Source of the DNA: Chrysomallon squamiferum | Lineage: Eukaryota; Animalia; Mollusca | Assembly: GCA_012295275.1 (NCBI GenBank) | Contig: CM022670.1 | Location: 806,001-870,000, forward strand | Length of the DNA: 64,000 nt | Reading direction: 5' to 3' | Part shown: one piece after another, positions 37,721 through 53,040 of the stretch | How the letters are laid out: the number at the start of each line of letters is the position of its first letter | How positions within the stretch are numbered: the first letter of the stretch is position 1 | The notes under the pieces: model-generated | The model's database searches: none | What the model was told of the DNA's origin: nothing | Seen by the model: the letters and a program-made list of their open reading frames with translations, nothing else | Made by a program: the position numbers and the translations under genes

Positions 37721-40193
37721 TAATAATAATAAAAAGTACAATAAAACTATAAATTGAAATAAAAATGTGACACACACACACACAAAAGAACTTTAAAAAA
37801 ATAGTCAAATGTTTTTGAGATATATAATATTAACTTGAACTCAAACATTGATTCCAAAAAAATTAATTAAAAAAGCCCAAAAATAACAACAAAACAATTC
37901 CAAAATCCCACTAATAATATCAAGTAACAACAAATCTTTTAATGTAATTAAAATAATTAAAATTTATTATATGTGTGCTACAAAAATTAGAACTTTATTT
38001 TCTAATATTTATAGATGGATATAATATATTAGAACTGGTGTTAACAAGTAATTTAGTTCTTGACATTGTTATTTATAATCCTGCAACTGTTACAAGTACA
38101 TCAAAATGAATAACAAGTGAGTCATCAGCCAAATTAAAATCAAAATCTATTCAGTACTTAAACTGTCACGTACTGCAATATTAATAAAGTTCCACAGACA
38201 CACTATCTATATTTTCAACTAAAAAGCTGTTCTGAAGCTGCTTACAACATAAAATATATTTTTAAATCAAAAGCTGCTAACACATAAATATAAAATAACT
38301 GCAACATATTTTTAAGTTAATAATATTCTATATACAGAATGCCTTTGTAAACTGTTTTTAACTAAATTATTTTCTAATGGCTAAACAATAATTACTGCAA
38401 CAAACCATTATTGTATTAGTATTTCAGGAAAACCAGATAATCATCGTGGTTTATTGTTGTTCTAAAATATTAAGTGCCATGTTAATCATGAAGTGAGTGA
38501 TTTATGGATATTAGATAATTATCAGTAACACCACAACTTTGCAGATGCAACAAATTAATTTCTTAAATCAATTTAGTACCTACAATTATTTTTTCAAATA
38601 GGCATCACACTGCTGCTGTCTGGTCATCCACACATTTCAATTCAATTCATTCAGCTATGTTTCTTTTGTAATATAATACAAGAATTACATCAAATCACTT
38701 TTATTTATTAAATATCAGTTTCCAACAAATGAGTTGTAAATCTTATTTTGTTATTTTTAAATTTATAATTGTTTTGTTTTTTAAAGACTTCAGTTGTTTT
38801 TTACAATTATGTATTCCTGCTGAAATGAATCCAGGTAAGAAAAGAAAACAATGTATATGAATTAGATATTTTAAAAAGGAGAGGATATAAAGAAGAAAAA
38901 AAAAAACTTTAAATTTCACATAAAATAGACATTTCTAGGAAAGAAACCTGGCCAGAGTACTATGTGCTCCAAAAAATAGAAAAAATGAATGGAAATCTGA
39001 TGACAGTTAAATCTGAAAAATAAATTATTTACTGTAAAAAATATATTTGAATTTTTTAATGAAAATTACTACTAAAAATAAAACCTGTAAAACAATGTTT
39101 TCTTCATATTAGGAAAATACAATCTGTTTTTTTGTGGGTTTTGCAGGGTCTTGAGTTTAGTGTGGAAGGGTTCTGTTTACTGGGAATAAAATACACTTGT
39201 CATTTAACCACAAATTATTTTTTTAATTCATTTTTCTAAAGTTATTCCACCTTTGGCATTCTAATCAGAAATAGCAGACCAGATTGCAAAATAACTATGA
39301 TTCAGTGTTATTTATACCTCACCTTGAAGACAAGTTACTAATGGTCTATAATCTGATATCTCGTGTATCACCACAATTATTACCAATCTACCATTACTCT
39401 TCAGCAATTAACAAGACAACCCATAATGTGTCTGTCACTGCAGATACAATTTCAGTCATTTCACTTCCTATCTAATCACCCATTACTGACAGATACATTT
39501 TTAAACAGGTATCATTTTAACAAAATACAACTCCAACAAAATATTTTTTAGTGTTCAGTACATTTTCATTGGCAAACCATCCATGTGCCAAATTTAGCAA
39601 AGATCTGAATAAGCAGCCAAATGAAACAAAACACTAGACATGCACACATGCATTGAGTCTACAGACAAAACAACAACACTTAAATGTTTAAAAAATTGAT
39701 GATGTAACAATTTAATGGATAAAACATTCCCACACGGTTAATTTATTCTCATCAAATGAGTTTAACAAAAATTATTTATTTATTGCTTAAGTTTGCAGTT
39801 GCTCTTAATTTACATTTGATTAATCTGAAATCATGCATTATTTAACTTATACCTGTCTGATATAACAAAAGTTACTGAAAAGAAAATGTTTTATAAACTA
39901 GGGAAATTTGCAGATCAGAATTAGTGCAAACAGGTGTTGACTTGTTCAGTGCAATTTCAAGGGATTAATTCAGTAAGCCAATAGTAAATTAACTTTTTCT
40001 ATTATGCCAATGAAGCAATAACATATCAGTACAATATACTCAAGTGATATCTACATATCACATTAGTAAGTTACTGACTGTACCTGTAAGGAAAAATCAG
40101 ATAACTTGAACAACCAAAATAAACATAGTGCATTATTTTGTAAGTAAAAATGTTGTTTTGTAAAAAAAAAAAAATAATAATATTAAAAAAAAA

Positions 40194-40226
<33 letters not shown>

Positions 40227-43200
40227 TAATAATAAACACATTTTTAATAATAATCATTAATAAAATAATAATAATTTATAGCCAAAAACAATTTATAACA
40301 AAAATGTTCTTATTTTTTAATATTCTGTATATTTATTAACAGAAATCTTTGAAAAAAATAGCATAGCAAATAAATTATATCAACATGGTAACTCCTCCAT
40401 ACATTATTTTAGCAAACAAAAGAGATGTCTGTAATTTAAATAATACAAGTATCTCAGATTTTTAAACATTCTGTGATAAAAAATTGTAAAAATATTCCCT
40501 TAATATCCTATCCCACAATTAACCACTGTTTGAAGTAACATGAAACCATGATGACATAGAATACCTGAACAGTTAACCAAGAACACAGATCAGTCTGTTT
40601 CTCTTTTGTTTACTCAACATTTGCTAAAGTAGTGTTTACTTGCTATACACCTTTGTGTTAAAGGTTATATGCTTTAGTCAGCCATGCATGATATCACGAT
40701 CAATGTTTAGTGTACTTATTACTTTAACTATTTATATACACATTATTAGCATAACTATTAAAAAAAATAATAATAAAACAATGTTTAAAAATTGACGCTG
40801 GAGATTATGTAAAGATTTTTTTTTTTTTTTTAAAACCCCACATTTGACACAATATTCCTTTGTTAATTTCTTATTCATCACTGATGGTTATTTACAAGTG
40901 TATTAGTAAATCAACAAGAACAGTTTATGTATTTGTCCATACCCTTCAGTCTAGTTATACTAAACTTATTTCATTAAAAATAAAGTAAAATGCTCTTTAC
41001 AACAACAATAACTACCTTTACAAAGAATCACACCATTCAAACCACAGCACAAGTAAACAATCACTAAGCTTTATGGGTCAAAATGACATGATCAACAGCA
41101 TTTGAATCCATACCTAACCTGTCAAGTGACTTAGTTATAAATCTCTAAATGCTGAAAAGTTAAAACTTCTACCTTTTTTTGTGTTCAGTATTCATCTTGT
41201 TTCACTGGTAAAACAGAGTCCATCATTTGTTTGTCAACATAAACTAGTTTTCTATAAGTTGCACTGTGCGAGGTCAGGATTAGGTGCCCATGTGACCTGC
41301 TGACAAAGCATACAGTGAGGCCTTTGTGTCATGTCTGATGGAGTATATAAACCAGTTGCGACAGCCGTGACCAATCAAAATGCCTCCAGTGAAGAGAAAC
41401 CCTGGGTTGTGCATTAAACTTTGTGTGGAGTAGAATTCTCAAACTAGTCACTGTTAACAATTATATACTGACTGATAATAAAAAAAAAGTTTTTAATTTA
41501 ATTAAAGTAAAAAAATTCTTGATAGAAATAATTGTGAATCTTTAGCTATATTCTTATCAATAACAGTTAAATCCAATGATCCACCAAACATCCACTTTTC
41601 ATAAAAAAAAATGTTTTTAAATGTTTCACACTTCATTATTATTAATATAAATCCAATAACGTGTAAAATGAACAGACCAACTTTGCAGACATGTCAGTTT
41701 TGTTAATGAAATAAACTATTATGAATAAACATCAAACTTTTGTTGAATAATTTAACATTAATTTAAAAAAAAATAAAAAATAAAACCCCTAAATCATTAG
41801 ATCCATGTAAGGTGGCCTTAATGTTTTAGAAAAAAAACCCACATTTAAGTACATACCCACACACACACAATTACACTTATTTTATTTCTTTACATCACTA
41901 AAGAACTTTAAAAACAATTTTATAAACTAAAAAATAAATTTATTATTATTTGCCTTTTATAAGAAAAAGTAATAATGAATATATAAAAAAGAAAAAAAAA
42001 GGAGGCAAATTTTAAATTTGTAGTTTGTTTCACATTTTTGAATTAATTTAAGAGTATGTCCATAAAATTTATACTATGTATAAACATAAATACACATTAA
42101 TTTCACATTAACACACTAAGCAAATTGTTTTCTTTAATTTACGTTAAATGAATATAATTAAAAATATATATTTTTTAAATTATAATAATTACAGAATAAC
42201 TGGAATAAATAATAAAAAAATGAAAGAAAATAGGCAAAAAAAAAAAGCACAAAAAAGAGCAAAACAATAAATTGTAGTCTAAGAATACTCAGTTTGTTTA
42301 GTAAATTTTTAATACTTAATACTCCTAAAGCATAAATCCTTTGTAGAAACTAAAATAAAATCAATATAATATATAAAATTTATTTAATCACGAAAAAATG
42401 AAAACAGATGTTTTATTAAATTTGTTCTTCTTTCAAGTTTCTAAAAGGAAATTGCCATCAGTGAAATAAAGATATCTTATATTTAATGTTTATGTACCAA
42501 CAACAGCTGAACAATTATTAAAACAAAGTTTCCTGTCTAGAAAATTTCAAATATTTCATTATTATTTATTTATTTATGTATTTATTTATTTATTTATTAT
42601 TTAAACAATGATTTATTTAGTTACTAATTTATTATTAATATATTTAGAATTTTTTTTTTCTTTTCGTTTTTTAAATATCATCTTTGGGTCACACTAACTG
42701 TATATTTTCAAACATTATATTGTAAATCATACCTAAGCTACTTAAAATAAACTGCAACTTAGCTCTTAGCTCTATGGTGTTGAACCATATGGAATGTTGA
42801 TGTTATTCTGAAAAGGTCATTGACCAAAGCAAAAAATTCAGATTTGCCAAGAATTTAATCAATCTACTCTTTTACCCTCAGGATGATGTATCATACAATT
42901 TGATTTATAAAGATTTTACCAACTTGATATGAAAATTTACTTATCAACAAGAAGATAAATTTTAATAAATACATTATATTATAATTCTCAATGAAATCAT
43001 ATTTAATATTCAAATTATAAAAAGCAAATATTTGCTATAAAATCAACTTTATTAATAAAATGTATATTTTAAGAAAATAAATCACATTGTGTTAGGTTTT
43101 GTTTTCTGAAAAATACAATAACAACCCATTACTGTCATTTATGTTACTCATTTCACCTTTTTCTATTTAAAAAAATAAAATTATTAATGTTCACTGATAA

Positions 43201-43840
43201 ATCTGAATGTGAAAACAAGTCAAAACAGAATCAGATAATTAAAAATATTATTTTCTTCTTTTCTTATACCCTAATTAATATAAAAACCCAAAAAATGTTC
43301 TAAATTTTAAAATTCTCATGCAAAAACAATTGGTAGTAAATTAAAGATAAAAAAATCCAACTGAAATAACTTTTTTTCTCCCTTCATTTGAGCACCCTAC
43401 TCAGTGTACTTGGTACTTAGCATTCTGAAACAAATGGAAACAATCTCAACATAGAATCAAAGAAAGGAAGATGAAACAAGACTGGAATAAGTGTTTGATA
43501 GTGGTAATGAAATGTAGAAAAATACACCTACCCTGTTAACTTCAACCTAAAGCTTTCCCAAAGGCTTGCATATGTCATATGACCTTTACTGCTATCTCTT
43601 TCAGTTTATATGAAATCAACACATGTATTTATAGACAAGGTAGATAATAAGGTCAAGTTACTGTGGTGCTGGAATACCTATCAAGAACCATATCAAAAGT
43701 TCACCTTCTGTTGAGTATGCAAGGGGAAGTAATTCATTTACCACAGAAAAATGCATAAGCTGGTGGGGAAAAAATGAAAAAAGGAAGAACAGAAACATAA
43801 CATAAGTGCATTATATTATGTAAAACCACATATAAATGGC

Positions 43841-43876
<36 letters not shown>

Positions 43877-46032
43877 TTATATTTTATTTTTAGTTTTTTA
43901 AATTGTTTTGTTTGTTTGTTGGCTTTTTGGAATTGTTTTTGTTATTTGCTTTTGTCCTGGTAACTAAAAGAAAAATATTGTTATAAAATATTTATTTTAT
44001 TATTCATTAGATGCAGAATTAAAATATAGTTTATGAATGTATTATTCTTAAATGCAAAATTAGATCTAAAAATTTAAAATATAACAACAACGCTAGCAGT
44101 GCATTTAGAACCATCCCACAGACACCTCATTTTGAGACCTCTAGCTGTAATTATTTATTTTTGTTAAAGAAGATTTATTTGCAAATATTTTCCAACAGAA
44201 CTTTAACTCATTGTTAATCAATTAGATAGAAGTATAATTCATTTTTCATTTCATATTTATACTGATTTAAAAAAAAAACTAAAAAAAAGAGAAAAACCTA
44301 GTATTTTTTATTTTGAATAAATTTATAAACACTAGTCATTTAACTGAGAAGTACATAAAGTTATCCCATAAAAATATATATACAATGTTGATGACTAGTA
44401 TTAACTGAAGCAACAGAAATATTATATATTCATAATTTGGAACTTTAAATAAAAAATAATGTTAATTTGTCAGTTTACATCATAAATAAAAACATATTAA
44501 AATGTTGATGTATGTGATACACATACACACACACACATTCACACACATACATAAAATAATACATATACACCCAAACATACATTTATGTATTCAGAATTAT
44601 TTTTTTAGTTGTTTTATATTAAATAAATAAAATAAAATATATATTGCTCTACAGCAAAATGCTTGAAGAAATTAGCCTGATATTTATTACACTAGTGAAT
44701 TCAGAAAATAAAAACCACTTGTTGATTCAATCTCTTTAGACATTTAGAAAATACAGCTGCAGCAATAAATAATAATATATTATCTTGATTTCTGTTATCT
44801 TTCCAACAGTGACTTATTATTTCTATTTTTAACTTATTTTATTTACATTCCATTGTTCTTAAAGTACATATATATATCATGGAGGAAGAGTAGCCTTTTA
44901 TCTAACATGATTCATACTGATCACAAAAAAAGGCTATAATCAATATCTGACTCAAGCCTGGGATCTGCGCAGTCTACATGAAAGACAATCAAGGCAGTAT
45001 GCAGCTACTAAACAACACAGATGTTTCACATCTCTGACACCTTCATGGAAAACTAACACACACATACATTAACAAATTAAAGTCAGTGTTTTGTATATTA
45101 AAATACAAATGTTAAACTCTCAATTTGTATCTTTTTATTTAAATCATTAGTAAATAAAAACCATAACACATGGAAGTAAAGTGTAACTAAAATAAATATT
45201 CTGAACTGTCTCACAAAACAGTCTGTCATTATAACCAATATATATATATATTTATAAACAACTTCCTCCACAAAAACCCCACAAACCCAATGTATATGTA
45301 TGTTTGTGTCTGTCAGATAAAATGACTTAATAATAGTTTTTACACTTTTGTAAATAATAAAATAATTTTCAAACCATAAATTGTTTTAAACATAACACTA
45401 CAATGCATTAATTGTTCCATAAAGATATAATATGAACTATACGATGGTTTTGAAAAACATAGGGCATGGTCTGCAAACATGTTACTACACTAAGAGAAAC
45501 ATTTATAACTTGTTTAAGTCAACTTTGCAAATAATTGTATTTAGTAAAAGACAATTGGAAAATAACATGATAATAAAATATGTCAAAGCTAATAATATCT
45601 ACAACATTAAAAATGGTCATGTGTGTTGTGTACAGTTTTGACATGTGAAAGTCAGTGTATTGTAATTTGCATACTTATGTCATACAAACTGCATGTTTAT
45701 GTCTCCAAATATGTAATTTGTTATTGGCATGTCAATTTCTTTATCGTTATTTGCATTACAAACAAAAGAATAGTTTCAAGTCAGACAAAGAAAGAAATAA
45801 TAAAAACATTAACAAAGAAACAAACAATGAGCAGCTTATATTAAAAAACATATATAAAAATAAAAATAAACAATAATTTTGTTTTTTAGACAAGATGGTT
45901 TATCAATTATCAAAACTGACCAGTTGTCTTTTTAAATTACTTCTTTAAACAGTAGCAATGTTCTGGGTCCATCAAACCACAATTATTAATTTATTAGCAA
46001 ACATACATGTTTGCCACAAATACTTGAAACAG

Positions 46033-46036
46033 TAAT

Positions 46037-46117
<81 letters not shown>

Positions 46118-46123
46118 GAATTA
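46033..46123. repeat. (AAT)n-(ATT)n palindromic microsatellite
   Basis: (AAT)n switches directly to its reverse complement at ~46080. Confidence 0.9.
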
Positions 46124-49100
46124 AAATAATACTAAAATAGAAAGTTACTTAAAATGCTGTAGTCAGCCATTCTGTTTTTCATGGCATCAGCTTCTTCAAA
46201 AGAAACTTGTTCACAAGATGAATAATATATATTTGTTTCTATGTAAACAAAAAAGGATTCAGCCACTGGATTACTAATCATCTAAGTTCCCATGGAATAT
46301 TTTTACTTTATGAGTCATCCAACATATGGAGCATTTTATATGTAAGAAAGTAAACCATAATCTTATCAAAACAGATACATGTCAGTATATATCATCTACT
46401 CAATGTTTATCTCAGACACACTGGAATAGTTCAGTAAATATCACTGGCTGGGAAAGGGTGGAGTTCCTAGAACAATATATGATGTATTCAATAGAATTTT
46501 AAATTAATATTATTGCAATTAATATTTAGAAAAATTTAACTGAACAAAGAAGTGGAATGGTATTGATAACTAAAACATTTATAATTATATTCATTTTATC
46601 TATCCATAATATAGATATAATTATTTAATTTTCAATACATTATTGAAATCAGTAATTAGTGTAATATTTAATTGTATTTTGTATTTTTTAAGAGAATGTG
46701 ATTTTTTTTTTTTTTTTTTTTTTTTAATGGTTATTGAGAGAGGGAAATCCTAATATAAATTCATTTCAAATTATAAAAGTAAAAACAAATGATATTTTAA
46801 GGCGTATTTTCGATGGCATAAACAAATTTGCTAAAAATGTTCTGTAAAACTTCTCTTATTTTTACCTCGACTAATTAGTGCTAATAATAAAACATGACCA
46901 AATAAAACTCAGTTCAAAAAGATCTGTATAGTGGTCTGACACTTTCCTTTGTTATATGGAATCTTTTTATACAAATAGAAATTCAACCCGAGTATATGAG
47001 GAGAAAATTATATAAACTAAATATCCACAAGAGGACCCTCAAAATGTCATCATGTCAAAAAAACAACAATATTTTATGCTGGTTAAAGATGCAAAATCAC
47101 AACTGCAAGTGATTCCATCCTTATTTTGTTCATTTATTTTTTATTAACAATGGTTTCTCCTTGAATTCTTTCTTACAAATAGGTAATGTATATATTTACA
47201 AAAAAAGAAAAAAAAATAATAATAATAAATATTACTACTACTACTACTACTACTACTACTAATAATAATAATAATAAGATAATAAAATAAATACTTTTAT
47301 TATTTATTAATATATGTTACCTTTTAGATACATGAATTTATTTAAAAAAATAATTAAATAAATAAAATTTAAGAAATGGTTGCTCATTTTGAATATGCTG
47401 TCTTATCAAATCCTGAAATTTCTCCATTTGCTGAAAAAAGTCTTTTTAAAATGGTAATAGTAATACAGCATTAATTTGTGCAAATGCCTTGATTTATTTA
47501 TCAGTTTACTTATTTTACATTAGCATTAACTGAAAAAATAAAATAGAATAAGAAAAACAACTGATATGAATTTAATGATAACGGAGGCCATTAATTATTT
47601 ATATTTTTTATGTTTCAATGTATGAAATGTGTCAAAAAACCTCAAAATATAAGCAGCCATGTATATGCAAAAGTCTTATAATTTTATTGTAATAAGAAAT
47701 GAAAATAACAATAATTTGAAAGTTTAAAAATGCATTTGTTTGTATCATGATAATTTTTGTTGAAATGCATTTCAACAAAACAAAATGAAAACAGAAAATA
47801 TTTAATTCTTCACTACACCTGACATGAAAAAGGAAACTAAAAGGGAAAATAGCTTTGAAAAGCATATAATAAAATGATCAGTCTATAAAAATGGAATGCT
47901 TTCATCTTTAACAGGATGGAAACATTTTCTAGCTGTTTGACAAACAGACCAGAATTATCTGACAACAATTATTTTCATGAAGGATTTACATAAGCAATGA
48001 ACCTAAAGGCTTCTCTAATTACTGACTTTATTTTCAGCTTTGAAATTTGACTGTGGCGGTCAAGATACCACTATCAGCCTCATTCAAGATTCTGCCTGCC
48101 AGCATGCATTACAGTCAATTCAGTGAAATCAGTTTCACAATAACGTATGTATGAGAAGCAGAAAATCACATCAGATGCTTAACACTGATAACACAGCAAT
48201 GGCAAGGAAGTTGGCCTAAAAGATAACAAGTATTGCAAAGTTATTGATGTTAGTGGCTGTGCTATGATAGGCAGTGTTTAAGTGCTGAACACAAGATATA
48301 GTATTACAAAAATTGCACAAAGACTCACTCTGTTTTCCATGTAATTAAATATCATTACTGATTATAATCAAAATATTTTATGTATGTATGTGACATTTCT
48401 GTGTTACAAATTTTATTAATATAGAAAATGCTATTTAAAATTCTTTCTTTTTTCTATTTATTATTTAATTTGTTGTTTTTTCATCCTGTATACACTGATA
48501 AATATACTTCTTATTTTCAAATAGACTCCTAAACCCCAAAAGACTTGTAAATGAAAATCTATTGTTGGAAATGAAATCAGACAGATCTATCAGAAGAACA
48601 CCCAATAGATCAATAAGTAATCATGTTCCCAGACATGTGTAATTGCAATAAGTTTTTGGTTCAAAGAACACTTGACTAACCTACTACCATACATATAAAC
48701 TGACTCTGAAGCCAGCTTTTGAGTACACTGCCAAGGTGCAGTTGTCTGTGAATATGTTCAATTTGTTCTGCTGGTATAGCACTTTGTAATCAGGAGGATG
48801 CTGGATCACAGGCACTCATCAAACCATAGATACCATAAAAACAGATGTACTAACAAAGTAAGTTCAACACTGAGAACCTCCAGGAAACTGGCTGAGGTCA
48901 GAGGTAACTAACCACATATCATGTTACTTAAAATGTTCTGTGTATTTTTGGCTTTATCAAGAATAATTATTTTGTTTATTTTATTTATAGTTCCTTTCTC
49001 TTTTTTTAGAAAATAGAAATGAAATAAATAATAACATACTACTATTACTACTACTAATAATAATACTAATAAATTGTTTTTAGTTTTTTTACATTACGAA

Positions 49101-51206
49101 CAAGCTTTGCTCTACAATGAAATAATCTCCAAATGTTTTGAAACTGCCTTTGATAATGTCACAATGACTTTTACATTACTTTTTTCTATTAAGAAGATTA
49201 AAAAGTAAAACATAATTTAACTCAGAAAAAGCTAACTAAATCACTGAAGCCAGAACAGACTGAAAACCAACAGTTGTAAAGATTCTGATTTAATTATTTT
49301 ACTATTCTAAAATTATAGAAATAAAACTGAATGCTGTAAATACAACCAATTCAATATGCAAAATATTGTTTTAGATATGAAATTCGTGTAACAAAAGACT
49401 GTATTACACACTGACCTAAAAATAAAATCATTTATGGCATAAGTACTGTACCGAAAGACATGAAGTAAATTCACTTAGTTTGAAAGAAAAGTGGTGCTTG
49501 GTATTTCATTCACTGAAATGCTATAGTGTTCAAGTTCAATAAATCTGCCAAAAAATATTTGACAACTAAAAACTGACTGAAATAAATCTTTATGTGAAGC
49601 TGTAAAATGTATGAGTCCTTCAGTTGTAATGACTAATTTTATTAAAAAATAAATAAATACAGAAACAAAATTCATTAACCAGTAACTTTTTGAGATCTGA
49701 CAAAAGCAGATGAATAATTTGTGATAAAAGAAAATGCATTATTACCACATGTCAAATACATATATTAATATAATATTCATGTAAACACTACATTAACAGA
49801 AATGATATTTATAAAAAAATTATAAGTAAACTTTTATTGCTTAAACAATTAATATCATAACAGGATCTATAATGAATCATCATTTAATTCCTATACATGT
49901 GAGTATTTAATCAATATTACTCACTACAATAACTTAATGTTAAGCACATACCATGTTTTCTTGCTTACTGCTTTACGTGGAATAGTGGAGAAATTCATTC
50001 TGTTGTAGAGAGGAACATTCACATAATTTCCAACTGGATCTTCCCACATGATGAAAGCAAAGACAGATTTGTTGTAAACTAAATGCTTTTCTATAAAATT
50101 ATCATGTACTTTTTCTCCACGAAAAAGGTAAATTCCACCAGTTCTTTAGATATACAGGATCATTAAGTCTGTATGTCAATAAATATATACATAAATTAGA
50201 TGCAGCTTCAAGTAAAAGTTTTCTTCAAAATATTAAGGAACACAACAGCAACAAAGAAAACTGAAAACTATCACTCAGTCTGTCAAGAGAAAACAGCAAT
50301 CTGCCTACAGTACACGTTTACAAAAAGCAAAGGTAATCCACTGTATAAAACTGTGCCCAAATGTTTTCTGCATGTGCACTCATTCACATTCACAGCAAAA
50401 AGAGTCAGGATGAAAATGCCAAAAGCATGTAGGCATTACCAACCAATGCTAGAAACCTGATGTTGAGCTATTCTGTCAGAAATGCCCAGTGCTTGGAACA
50501 CACACAAACACACACACACTGTACCCCAGACAGTACAGTGACTCACATATCCAACTTCTCTCAAGAGATGGAAATGGAATCACAATGATCAAAGGTCACA
50601 TCCTTGTTAACAAGCTGCAGTCCACAATACTACTATCTTATCTTTAGGCTACCTTTAAATATCTTGCAATGTTAAACCATGACTCAGGCATGTTTCTTAT
50701 CAGCATTTGTGAATGATAGGGATGCTATAACTCTCACTGTGGCATGGCTTGAGCAAGAACCCCTGGGATTGTGTTCTCAATGCAGTCAGGTTCAGCAGAC
50801 AGCCAGATGGTACAATATATGTATCATTAATTATAACATTTTAATCAGATATCCCATTCTAGCTGTAGGATTACTGCATGAATTATTAATATATTAAAAA
50901 GAAATATCTCATATCAAATTGTAATCAATACCTGCTTAAACTGTAACATCATATCAAAATTATTTTACCTTCATTTTTTCCTTTCCTTTTATAAATTATA
51001 TATATATATATAATTTTTTAAACTTATTTATTTAATTATCTATCTTTTATTTTTATTTATTCTAAGTTAAGAATGGGGATAAAGAAAGTTATTTATTTTA
51101 GTTTTGAAAGTAAGTTACAAAATTAATTGTAAATTAATATTAAAAAATATAAAAATAAATAAGTAAATACTGAAATAATACATATTATTTCAGATGTCTA
51201 AAATAA

Positions 51207-51245
<39 letters not shown>

Positions 51246-52993
51246 AAAGTAATGACAGTATATAAATTCATTAACATTAGGATGAGCACAAGTATAAAAA
51301 GATACTATAAATATTGTCCAGAGTATCAACAAGCTAATAAGAAGTACAATAAAAAGAAGGTACTTAATGCAAAATATAATAAAGCTAGTGTCTTTGGTTT
51401 AATGTCTGAAAGATAAAGCTAATATCTTTTGTAATCTATGCTGTGCATTAATAACTGTAAAATAAAGTTAGATACTGGTTAAATAGTCATGTATCATACA
51501 ATTAAATTTGTTTAAATAAGTTTTAGTTTGACTGTCTACTTTAAGATATGATAGTATATTTGATGAATAAGAAAAACACAATATTAATCATTCCAAATTT
51601 TGTGCTTTTTGGTGTTTTTCACAAAATATAGACATAAATCTAAAAAATCAATTTTTCTTTTCTTTTTTTTTTTCTTCTTTTTTAAAAATCTAATATACCT
51701 ATAAAAGATAATAAATAAATAAATAAATTTTATTTAAAAAACAATAAAAAATTTAAATTAAAACAGTGATGCTTTGGCAAAAGGTCATTACAGTAAGTTA
51801 TCTCTTGTAAATATTACAAATGGATTTAGATCCAGGGTAACATTTAAGATGCATCTAGACATCCTGCAGCATCAACGCGATCATGTTTCAAAATGAAAAA
51901 GTTTCAAAGAAGCCAGAAATAATTGTGCATATAAAATATCACAGAATGGTAGAAATAGATTTCTCCCACTCAATTCTGTCAGCTTGTAGCGATAAAAGTT
52001 GAAAAAAAATAGATAACTGTGGGAATAGAGAAACTGGACATGATCCAAGTTAAACATTGGCAGACAGAAAAGACAGAGTAGCTGTAAAAAAAAAAAGTTT
52101 TCCCTCACTCACTAACACAAACAAAACGTAATCTGTCCCTAGGTATCATTTGACTAATTCTTCCAAGTCAGTATCTAATGATTCTGTAGTACAATTTCTG
52201 CACAACACTGCGCTCAACTGCTGATGATTTAATCATGAAACTGCAACATAATAAAGATGTGTAACAGCTATATTGACATAAATCTGCTATTATACACAAA
52301 CTAAATGAGATAATTTAGAAGAAAACCTGAAATATGACGTCATAAAGAGAGTTCTCTCTGTTTTATTCACAAATCAACAATCTCTCATTACAGATAAAAA
52401 TTGTTTATTTTATTATTATTTTTTTGTTTCTTTTATTTATTATTATTATTACTCGTATATTCTTATATGGCAAGATACAGGAATGTGTATACAGAATCAA
52501 ACAAAGCAAATTACTGGTAATGCTTGTGTATTCAGCAAGTTGAAATTTCATTTGCATCAACACATATTTTTTTTTAATTACAAAGCTACATATAAACCCT
52601 ACAAATTTAGTTCAGGTAATATATTTTGAAATATGACTGATCTTGTAAATTTTTTTAATATTTTTGGTGAATTCTAGGGAGGATTTTGTTTCTGGGAGGG
52701 AATTCTGGTTTTAGTGAATGTTTTTTTTTAGATTTTTCAAGATGTCTTTTAACATTAACCATTCTATAACATCCAGGAAAACCATAATCTGAAATGAACA
52801 TCTAACAGCAGCTGATATGCCAGTCAAAGACAGCCAGTGATTCAATACAGAATAAAATCAACACTAATTGAGTATTCCCCATCCCACTGATGTCCTTTGA
52901 GATTTTATAACTACAAGAAAAAAAGTAAATATCTTGCACAAACTAAAAATCCAATTTTGAGCTTTACTGAATTCTGTTGTATGTGCACTTTAG

Positions 52994-53040
52994 ATTTTAC
53001 TGCATTAATGCATTTTACTGCATTAATGCATTTTACTGCT
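52994..53040. repeat. 18-bp tandem repeat containing the palindrome TGCATTAATGCA
   Basis: attttactgcattaatgc x2.5. Confidence 0.8.
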
